In this document: positions 47,470 to 64,000 of the stretch, piece after piece
Position numbering within the stretch: position 1 is the stretch's first letter
Layout of the letters: the number at the start of each line of letters is the position of its first letter
Source of the DNA: an uncultured Acidobacteriota bacterium
Lineage (GTDB): Bacteria > Acidobacteriota > Thermoanaerobaculia > Multivoradales > UBA5704
Direction: 5' to 3'
NCBI GenBank assembly: GCA_963770895.1
Contig: CAVYRF010000001.1
Location: forward strand, 1,536,001 to 1,600,000
DNA: 64,000 nt
Position numbers and translations under genes: made by a program
Notes under the pieces: generated by a model
Seen by the model: only the letters and a program-made list of their open reading frames with translations
Told to the model about the DNA's origin: nothing
The model's database searches: none

Positions 47470-49035
47470 ATGAGACTCGACCTGCTTCGTCGCCGCATCC
47501 GTCTGCCCATCCGGCTGCTGCTCGCCAGCGCCGGCCTGGTGCTGTCGCTCGACCTGGGCCGCGCGGCGGCCATGGCGGCGGCCCACCGCGTTGCCGAACC
47601 GGCCCCGCCGACCGCCTTGCCCGCGAGCGCGGCATCCGCCAGCCAGGGGATGTGGTCGCCGCTCATCAACTTCGAACCGGCGGTGGTCGCCATCCACACC
47701 AGCGTCCTTCCCAATGGGAAGCTGCTGTTGTGGGAGCGGTTTCCGGGCCAGCCGGAGCCGCAGTGGTCCAACACCTACGTCTGGGATCCGGCAGGCACAC
47801 CGCTCAACAAGCTCAAGGACATCAAGAACACCTTCGCCAACGTCTTCTGCGCCGGTCACAACTTCCTGCCGGACGGCAGGCTCCTGGTCGCGGGCGGCCA
47901 CGACAGGTTCGACGGCTGGGGCACCAAGACCCTGCTGTTCTTCGATTCCCGGACGGAGCAATGGAGCCGCGGGCCGGACATGAACAAGGGGCGCTGGTAC
48001 CCGACCACCACCGCGCTCGCCAACGGGGACGTGCTGGCGATCAGCGGCGAGGCCCAGGGTGACGTCGAGGCTCCCAGCTTCAACGATCTGCCGCAGGTCT
48101 GGAACGGGACCCTGTGGCGCGACCTGACCGACGCCCGCCGCAGGCAGAGCCTCTACCCCTGGATGCTGCTGGTCCCCAGCGGCAAGGTCTTCTGGGCCGG
48201 GCCGGAGGCGGCGACGGCCTTCCTGGATACGTCCGGGAAAGGGACGTGGTCGGACGGGCCGGCCAGGCCGGGCGACCTGTACCGCGACTACGGCTCCGCG
48301 ATCCAGTATGAGCCGGGCAAGGTGCTGGTCGTCGGCGGCGGCGACCCGCCCACCAACACCGCCATGAAGATCGATCTCAACGCCGATGCGCCGGTCTGGC
48401 AGACCGCCGGCTCGATGCGGTACGCCCGCCGCCAGCTCAACGCCACGCTGTTGCCGGACGGCAAGGTGCTGGTGACCGGCGGCACCAGCTCGCCCGGCTT
48501 CAACAACGGCGCGGTACCGGTGCGCGCCACGGAGCTGTGGGATCCACAGACCGGGCAGTGGTCGGAGCTGGCCCCCTTTTCCCAGGACGTCAAGCGGCTC
48601 TATCACTCCACCGCGGCCCTGCTGCCCGACGGCAGGGTGCTGAGCGCCGGCGGCGGGCTGCCGGCAGCGGACAACGACAACAACCGCAACTACCCCAACG
48701 CCCAGGTCTTCTCGCCGCCCTACCTGTTCGCGGGCGCTCGCCCCTCCATCGCCTCGCTGCCGCCGACCCTGCGCTACGGCACCAGGTTCATCGTCAAGAC
48801 GCCAGACGCGGCGAGCATCCGTCAGGTGACGCTGCTACGGCTGGGCTCGGTCACCCATGCTTTCGATCAGAGCCAGCGCTTCGTGCGGCTGGCGCCGCCC
48901 GCGCAGGTGCCGGGCGGTCTCGAGGTGACCGCGCCGGCGCGGGGCGAGATCGCCCCCCCGGGTCCCTACCTGCTGTTCATCCTCAACGGCGCGGGTGTGC
49001 CGTCGGTGGCCAAGGTCGTCGAGCTCGGGAAATGA
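47470..49035 (+). CDS. Copper-radical oxidase (galactose/glyoxal oxidase-like, AA5; Kelch plus C-terminal Ig-like domain)
   Basis: FCAGH (Cys of the Cys-Tyr cofactor), RWYP (Tyr), RLYHS (Tyr-His) and SVTHAF (His). Export signal present. Confidence 0.92.
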   Translation: MRLDLLRRRIRLPIRLLLASAGLVLSLDLGRAAAMAAAHRVAEPAPPTALPASAASASQGMWSPLINFEPAVVAIHTSVLPNGKLLLWERFPGQPEPQWSNTYVWDPAGTPLNKLKDIKNTFANVFCAGHNFLPDGRLLVAGGHDRFDGWGTKTLLFFDSRTEQWSRGPDMNKGRWYPTTTALANGDVLAISGEAQGDVEAPSFNDLPQVWNGTLWRDLTDARRRQSLYPWMLLVPSGKVFWAGPEAATAFLDTSGKGTWSDGPARPGDLYRDYGSAIQYEPGKVLVVGGGDPPTNTAMKIDLNADAPVWQTAGSMRYARRQLNATLLPDGKVLVTGGTSSPGFNNGAVPVRATELWDPQTGQWSELAPFSQDVKRLYHSTAALLPDGRVLSAGGGLPAADNDNNRNYPNAQVFSPPYLFAGARPSIASLPPTLRYGTRFIVKTPDAASIRQVTLLRLGSVTHAFDQSQRFVRLAPPAQVPGGLEVTAPARGEIAPPGPYLLFILNGAGVPSVAKVVELGK

Positions 49036-49682
49036 CCGCGATCCGTGCCGCCGCCGCTGCCGCCGCGGCATTGCTGGGAGTCGCCGCCCCGGCCCTCGGC
49101 GTCGCCGAGCCGGCGGCGGCGACTCCCGTCGCGGCAGCCCAGGTCTCGCCGTCGCCCCCGCCCGCCGCCGCGAGCGCGCCGGCCATCCCGGACGTCGAGG
49201 TCCGCGACCAGGATGGCCGCAAGTGGAGCTTCGCCAGCGATCTGCTGCGTGGCCGCACGGCGGTGATCAGCTTCATCTACACCAGCTGCACCGCGACCTG
49301 CCCGCTCGTCGGCCGCGTCTTCGCGGAGCTGCAGGAGGCGCTCGTCCAGGCCGGCCGGGACGACGTGGTGTTGCTCTCCTTGTCCCGCGATCCGGAGACC
49401 GACACGCCGGAACGCCTCGCGCAGTGGGGGAGGCGCTTCGGCGCGCGGCCCGATGCACGGCCCGGCTGGCTGCTGCTCTCCGCCGACAAGGTCGCCATGG
49501 ACGACCTGCTGCTGGCCCTGACCGGCGATCCGGCGCGCCGCGGCGCACACTCCGCCGCGGTGCTCATCATCGACCTGGACCGGGGGATCTGGAGGCGCGA
49601 GAGCGGCCTGGCCGCCACCGCCTATTACCTCGGCATCCTGGACGACATCCGCCCACCAGCGCCCGCCGCCAGCCGCCGGTAG
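49032..49682 (+). CDS. SCO/SenC-family copper chaperone
   Basis: 'FIYTSCTATCP' (CxxxC), 'DPETDTPERL' and conserved His. ATGA overlap with the oxidase. Confidence 0.9.
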   Translation: MTAIRAAAAAAAALLGVAAPALGVAEPAAATPVAAAQVSPSPPPAAASAPAIPDVEVRDQDGRKWSFASDLLRGRTAVISFIYTSCTATCPLVGRVFAELQEALVQAGRDDVVLLSLSRDPETDTPERLAQWGRRFGARPDARPGWLLLSADKVAMDDLLLALTGDPARRGAHSAAVLIIDLDRGIWRRESGLAATAYYLGILDDIRPPAPAASRR

Positions 49683-49725
49683 CGCCAGCAAGGGTGCGCC
49701 GGATGGGGACGCTGGCTGGGTTGAT

Positions 49726-50955
49726 TCACGGCAGGCTGCTTTGCCGTTGCACTTGTGCGTAGGCTCGCAGGGTTGCTTGCGTCATCGCCGCGCGGCTGCG
49801 CTGGCGGGCTCGCAGCCGGCCGCCGGCGGCCAGGCGGCGCGCCAGGTCGGGGGCGCGCAGCACGCGCAGCTGGGCCGCGGCCAGGGCGGCCTCGTCGACT
49901 TCGCGACGGCTGCCGGCGCCGGCCTGGCGCACCGGCACGAGCAGCCCCGAGACGCCGTCTTCGACCAGCTCGGGCAGGCCGCCGGCGTGCGTCGCGATCA
50001 CCGGCACGCCGAACTGCATGGCTTCCAGGGCGGCATAGCCGAACGGCTCCCAGATCGACGGCACGAGGGCCAGGCTGGCGCGCGCGTAGAACCGCGGCAG
50101 CTCGCGGCGGTCGATGCGGCCGCAAAATAGGATCCGGCCGGCGACGTCGGGCGCGGCGCGGCGGATGGCGTCCAGGGTTTCCTGGTAGCTGGGATCGGCC
50201 CAGCCGGCGATGCCATAGAACGCTTCCGGGATGGCGCGCAGCACCGGCACGGCGGAACGCAGCAGCGCCTCGATCCCTTTCATTGCCGCGAGCCGTCCGG
50301 CGAAGCCGATCATCGGTCCTGCCGGCGGCAGGGCAGCCTGCCAGGCGGCGGGCGCCCCGGCCGAGGCCGGCGGTGGAATCGGATCGCAACCGTTCCAGAT
50401 GCGGATCACCCGCGCCGGCTCCCGCGGGTGGCGGTCCAGGATGAGGCCGCGCATGGCGTCGCTCACCGTGATGACGGTGTCGGTGTCGCGGCACATGCGG
50501 GCCTCCATGTCGCGGATGGTGTCCGAGACCGGGTCGCCCCAGTAGTCCGCCAGCGGATGGTTGAGGAAGTGGACGGTCGCCACCAGGGGCGCCGCCAGCC
50601 GGCCGCGCAGGCGGGTCCCCGCCTGGATTCCCATCCAATCGTGAACGTGGATGACGTCGGGCCTTGCTCGTCGCCGCTCGTAGTGGAGCAGGGCGGCGTC
50701 GGCAAGCTGGTCGTTGAACGCGGCGAGCGCCTGGGCGGGAGTCTGCGCGCCGCCGGCCGGGCGCGGGGTGAGGAAGCGGGCGGTGACGCCGTCGCGTTCG
50801 ATCAGGTCGTCGACGCCGCGGCGGAACACGAAGACGGCGACCTCGGCGCCCGCCCGCGCCAGCCCGGCCGCCAGCTCGCCGGTATGGGTGCCCAGGCCTC
50901 CCACCAGGTGAGGTGGGAACTCGGCGCAGACGATCAGCACCCGCAGCGGCGTCAT
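49726..50955 (-). CDS. Glycosyltransferase family 4
   Basis: 'EFPP..VGGLG', 'DVIHVHDW', 'FAGRL..MKG' and 'PSIWEPFGYAALEAM'. ATGA overlap with the upstream gene. Confidence 0.93.
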   Translation of the reverse strand: MTPLRVLIVCAEFPPHLVGGLGTHTGELAAGLARAGAEVAVFVFRRGVDDLIERDGVTARFLTPRPAGGAQTPAQALAAFNDQLADAALLHYERRRARPDVIHVHDWMGIQAGTRLRGRLAAPLVATVHFLNHPLADYWGDPVSDTIRDMEARMCRDTDTVITVSDAMRGLILDRHPREPARVIRIWNGCDPIPPPASAGAPAAWQAALPPAGPMIGFAGRLAAMKGIEALLRSAVPVLRAIPEAFYGIAGWADPSYQETLDAIRRAAPDVAGRILFCGRIDRRELPRFYARASLALVPSIWEPFGYAALEAMQFGVPVIATHAGGLPELVEDGVSGLLVPVRQAGAGSRREVDEAALAAAQLRVLRAPDLARRLAAGGRLRARQRSRAAMTQATLRAYAQVQRQSSLP

Positions 50956-51938
50956 CGTCCGGCGCCTCCGCCGCAGCGCGCCAGGATCCGCCGCCACGAA
51001 TCGATCAGGTGCCGTTCCTGACGTTCGCAGCTGAACTCGGCCGCCGCTCGCCGCCCTTCCTGGACGTTCGCCTGCCAGCGCTCCAGGCGGTCGGGGTACG
51101 ATTCCATGATCGACTCGACGTGCTGTGCCATGGCGACGATATTGCTGTGCTCGAAGCGATACGCGGGCGGCAGGATCTCCGCCAGCGGCCCATTGGGATG
51201 GGCGACCACCAGGGTGCCGCAGGCCATGGCCTCCAGCGGCATCCGCGCCAGGCCCTCGGCGACGCTCAGGAAGACGAACAGCAGCGACTCGCGCAGGATG
51301 CGCGCGGCTTCGGCCTCCGAGCGGTCTTCCAGGAAGATCCATTCGAAGGCGCGGCCCCGGTTGAGGCCCGCGGCGGCGCGCGCCTGCAGCGTGTGAAACA
51401 GCGCCAGCAGCGATTCCGGCGCCTTGCGCATGCAGGAGATGACGGGGCGCTTGGCGGCCAGCGGCACGTACGAGTAGAGGTCGGGCCGGATGTCCGGGTA
51501 CTCGCGTTCGACGACCAGGTTGGGAAAGGCGTACTGGAGATGCGCGCGGTTGTGCTCCGACACGGCGAAGGCGGCGACGACGCCGGGCGACTGATAGGGA
51601 TAGGCGGCGGGGACCGCTTCGCCGAAGCAGCGAAAGCCGTAGAAAAGGTTTTTGTTGAAGATCACCTGGCGGCCCGGAAAGTCGCTCATGAAGGTGCCGA
51701 GGTCCTCCGGCAGCACCACGAAGTCGCGCTCGGCGTCCACCTGCCGGCGGTATTCCGAGACATCGACCACCCGCGTGTCGTTGTCGAACCAGGTGAGCCG
51801 GAAGCCATCCACCGGGTGAAAGACCGCGGCATCGAAGCCGTGCCGGTTGAGGATGTCGACGTGACGGTAGGTGTGACGCTGGCCGCCGCGCGGCAGGTTG
51901 TGGTCGTAGCAGAAGTAGTAGATCCGTTCAGCCGCCAT
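50952..51938 (-). CDS. GT-B glycosyltransferase (GT4-like)
   Basis: 'PRGGQRHTYRHVDILNRHG', 'VVLPED' and 'EGLARMPLEAMACGT'. Confidence 0.85.
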   Translation of the reverse strand: MAAERIYYFCYDHNLPRGGQRHTYRHVDILNRHGFDAAVFHPVDGFRLTWFDNDTRVVDVSEYRRQVDAERDFVVLPEDLGTFMSDFPGRQVIFNKNLFYGFRCFGEAVPAAYPYQSPGVVAAFAVSEHNRAHLQYAFPNLVVEREYPDIRPDLYSYVPLAAKRPVISCMRKAPESLLALFHTLQARAAAGLNRGRAFEWIFLEDRSEAEAARILRESLLFVFLSVAEGLARMPLEAMACGTLVVAHPNGPLAEILPPAYRFEHSNIVAMAQHVESIMESYPDRLERWQANVQEGRRAAAEFSCERQERHLIDSWRRILARCGGGAGR

Positions 51939-52473
51939 GTCCGTCGCCTCCGCCGGCCGCAAGCAGCGCGTCGACGCGCCGCAGCAGCTCCCGGTTCACC
52001 GCCTCGCCGCAGCCGTCGAAGGATTCGCGCTCCCGGCTGCCCGCGTAGCCAAGGTCGCGCAGCCCTTCGCGGCTGGTGTAGAACGCGCACAGGGCGAGCA
52101 GGCGCAGCCCCGCCAGCATGCGGATTCCGGGTCCCAGCCCGGCCGCCGGCGCGTCGGGCCCGGCGTCAGGCCACGCCAGGGCGTCGAGCATGGCGCGCTG
52201 CCGGTCGCGGCAGGCGTCCACGAAGCTGGTGCCCGCGCGCCGCCGCATCGCGGCGTCGAGCCAGGCCAGGCCGCCGCGGATCGTGGTGTCGAAGCCGCCG
52301 CCGATCTGCGCCAGCAGCCAGCGCGGGATGAACGCTTCGTGGCGCGCCAGGTAGTCGACGAACTCGGCGACGCCGGCGGCGATGCCGCCGCCGGAGCGCT
52401 CGTCGGCTGGCAGGAGCCATTCGGACAGCGCCTCGACCGTCCGCCGCTCGTGCTCGGAGAGCGGTCCCGCCAT
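51928..52473 (-). CDS. Gluconate 2-dehydrogenase subunit 3 family protein
   Basis: 'LSEWLLPADERSGG..AGVAEFVD...GGLAWLD...FYTSREG..DLGYAG'. TGATG overlap with the GMC gene; no Tat leader. Confidence 0.85.
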   Translation of the reverse strand: MAGPLSEHERRTVEALSEWLLPADERSGGGIAAGVAEFVDYLARHEAFIPRWLLAQIGGGFDTTIRGGLAWLDAAMRRRAGTSFVDACRDRQRAMLDALAWPDAGPDAPAAGLGPGIRMLAGLRLLALCAFYTSREGLRDLGYAGSRERESFDGCGEAVNRELLRRVDALLAAGGGDGHGG

Positions 52474-54218
52474 CAGCGCGCGCCCCCGGCGCGCAGCGCC
52501 GCGAGCAGGTGGTCCGCCGTTCTCCAGGCCAGGGCCAGGATGGTGAGGGTCGGATTCTTCTCGGGATTGCTGGGGAAGACGGCGCCGTCGGCGATCCAGA
52601 GGTTGGCGACGTCGTGGGCGCGGCCGCTCGCGTCCACCACCGAGTCGCCCGGATCGGCGCCCATGCGGGCCGTGCCCAGCTCGTGGACGTTGCCCCCCGG
52701 CGGCATCAGCTCGCCATTGGCGGGATCGCCCACCGCGGTGGTGCCGCCGAGCGCCGACACCACGTCGTGGAGGGTCTTTCTCATGTGGGCTTCCATGGCC
52801 CGTTCCTCGGCGCCCCAGCGCCAGTGGAAGCGGAGCACCGGGATGCCCCAGGCGTCCACCTGGTCCGGGTCGAGGTCGCAGTAGGTTCCGGCGTTGGCGA
52901 CCATCTCGCCGCGCGTCGACAGGAAGATGCGCGAGCCCCAGGTCTCCCGAAAGCGCCGCTTGAGATCGCTGCCGTAGCCCGCGAGCCCGCGCGCCCGCGC
53001 GGCGATCAGCTCGCAGTTGGGCAGGCTGGGGCCGCCGCCCAGCTCGATGTGGTAGCCGCGCGGGAACGGCAGCCGGCGCTGCGCCTGGTGCAGCCACCAG
53101 GGGCAGAACATGTGCAGCGCGCCCGTCCCCTCGTGGTCGTGCGGCGCCAGCCCGGCCAGCGCCGGGATCTGGGCGCGCAGCGACAGGCCCGCGGTGTCGG
53201 TGAGGTTGCGGCCCACCTGCCCGCTCGAGTTGGCGAGGCCGTCGGGAAAGCTCCGCGACTTCGAATTGAGCAGCAGCCGCGCCGTCTCGCAAGCGCTTGC
53301 CGCCAAGACCGCCGTGCCGCAACGGATGCGCCGCTCCTCGCGGCTGGCGCGATCGACGTAGAGGATGGCCCGCACCCGGCCGTCCTCGCCGGTTTCCACC
53401 TCGCGCGCCATGGCGTTGGGAACCAGCGTCAGACTGCCGGTTGCGAGCGCCGGCTCGATCAGCACGCGGGTGGCGGTGAAGGTCGATCCGCGCACGGCGT
53501 CGCATTCCATGCGCCCGCAGTAGTGGGAGGCCGGACGGCCGTTGAGCGGCCGCGTCAGGGTGGCGAGCCGGGCGGGGATGCACGGGATGCCGAGCCGCCG
53601 GCAGGCGCGCTGAATCATCAGGTCGACGCAGCGCGGCGCCGGCGGCGGCAGGAAGATGCCGTCCGGCGCGCTCTCCAGCCCCTCGCGGGTGCCGAAGACG
53701 CCGATCAGGCGTTCCACCCGGTCGTAGTAGGCGGCAAGCTCCCGGTAGGCGATCGGCCAGTCGGCGCCGTGGCCGTCGCGGCTCCTGCCGTCCAGGTCGT
53801 AGGCGGAGAAGCGCGGCGAAATGCGGCCGTAGAAGTTGGTGCGGCCGCCCACCCCCCGCGCCCGGCACCAGACGAACCCCGGCGATCCGGGAGCGGTCGC
53901 GTACGGCTCGGCGTCGCTCCATTTGAAGAGCGGCTGGTCCGCGTCGCCGTGGCGCGCGGCGGCGATCCCCAACCCGCGGTCCTCCGACTCGTGGGGCCAG
54001 TCGTGACGACTGGTTGCCGGCAGCACGCCGGCGGGGCCGGCCTCGAGCAGCGCGGTGCGGACGCCGGCGTCGGCCAGAACCTTGGCCGCCATGCCGCCGC
54101 CGGCGCCGGCCCCGACGATGACGACGTCGTAGAACGGGACGCCGGACGGCGCCTCCCCTGCGCTGCCTGGGGAGGGGGAGGGGCCCGTTCTAGGTGTTGC
54201 GGTGAAAATAGAAGTCAT
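52473..54218 (-). CDS. GMC-family FAD oxidoreductase (glycoside 3-dehydrogenase-like)
   Basis: GAGAGG Rossmann motif, 'RGVGGRTNFYGR', 'DWPIAY', 'HELGTARMG' and 'NPTLTILALAWR'. Confidence 0.93.
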   Translation of the reverse strand: MTSIFTATPRTGPSPSPGSAGEAPSGVPFYDVVIVGAGAGGGMAAKVLADAGVRTALLEAGPAGVLPATSRHDWPHESEDRGLGIAAARHGDADQPLFKWSDAEPYATAPGSPGFVWCRARGVGGRTNFYGRISPRFSAYDLDGRSRDGHGADWPIAYRELAAYYDRVERLIGVFGTREGLESAPDGIFLPPPAPRCVDLMIQRACRRLGIPCIPARLATLTRPLNGRPASHYCGRMECDAVRGSTFTATRVLIEPALATGSLTLVPNAMAREVETGEDGRVRAILYVDRASREERRIRCGTAVLAASACETARLLLNSKSRSFPDGLANSSGQVGRNLTDTAGLSLRAQIPALAGLAPHDHEGTGALHMFCPWWLHQAQRRLPFPRGYHIELGGGPSLPNCELIAARARGLAGYGSDLKRRFRETWGSRIFLSTRGEMVANAGTYCDLDPDQVDAWGIPVLRFHWRWGAEERAMEAHMRKTLHDVVSALGGTTAVGDPANGELMPPGGNVHELGTARMGADPGDSVVDASGRAHDVANLWIADGAVFPSNPEKNPTLTILALAWRTADHLLAALRAGGAR

Positions 54219-54528
54219 AGCGGCCGCTGATCTCGTAGGTGACGCCGCCCGGGAATGCGGTGCCCTTGTAGGAGCCCTCGCCGAGGATGCCTTGCGCCTC
54301 GCCGGTGCCGCCGCTGAAGCGCCAGGTCCCCTGCGAGGAGTGGAGCGTGCCCTCGACCTCGTATTCGACGCCCTCGAAGCTGATGCGCATCGTGCCGCGC
54401 CGGGAGGATGGCTCTGCGGCGGCGGCGGCGGCCGCGACGCTCGCATCGGTTTCCGCGCCGGCGGGCGGCAGCGGGGAGAAGCCGTTGATCGTGACGGTGA
54501 GCTGGTTTGCGATCTGGTGATCTTTCAT
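54190..54528 (-). CDS. 112-aa hypothetical protein, small beta-barrel with a dirigent/allene-oxide-cyclase-like motif
   Basis: ATG 20 nt after the NRPS stop, with a GAGG RBS. Contains 'GTWRFSGGTGEAQGILGEGSYKG'; overlaps the probable GMC start. Confidence 0.7.
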   Translation of the reverse strand: MKDHQIANQLTVTINGFSPLPPAGAETDASVAAAAAAAEPSSRRGTMRISFEGVEYEVEGTLHSSQGTWRFSGGTGEAQGILGEGSYKGTAFPGGVTYEISGRYDFYFHRNT

Positions 54529-54548
54529 CGGTCGCCTCGAAGTTGCGG

Positions 54549-64000
<9,452 letters not shown>

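Overview
High-GC bacterial DNA. Gene families (ADOP-type duplicated permease, ELWxxDGT protein with a tandem C-terminal domain, FHA/sigma54 activator next to a TPR kinase, LxLxKET-leader lanthipeptide) point to Acidobacteriota, probably Thermoanaerobaculia-like; this is inference. Both ends of the window cut through NRPS genes. Left: the last three modules of an NRPS (C-A-T-C-A-T-C-A-T-TE), translationally coupled to a PhpK-like B12/radical-SAM methyltransferase. Right, on the minus strand: an NRPS whose last carrier domain is fused in frame to a complete S9 (prolyl-oligopeptidase/acylaminoacyl-peptidase) protease instead of a thioesterase. It is followed by a small dirigent/AOC-like beta-barrel protein, a GMC oxidoreductase with its subunit-3 partner, and two glycosyltransferases; this is the strongest candidate for a new system. 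The middle holds two stand-alone LanC-like genes with no dehydratase in view. One sits behind a Cys-rich precursor with a -24/-12 sigma54 promoter and converges on a Ser/Thr kinase + FHA-bEBP pair; the other lacks its zinc ligands and is preceded by micro-ORFs. Also present: a decayed IS3/ankyrin/toprim/exonuclease patch, two TonB receptors, a copper-radical oxidase with Sco, and several secreted proteins. Several genes are abruptly truncated, so the window may be a mosaic and long-range neighbourhood arguments need caution. No rRNA, tRNA or CRISPR array was seen. All family assignments come from motifs read by eye, not from database searches.
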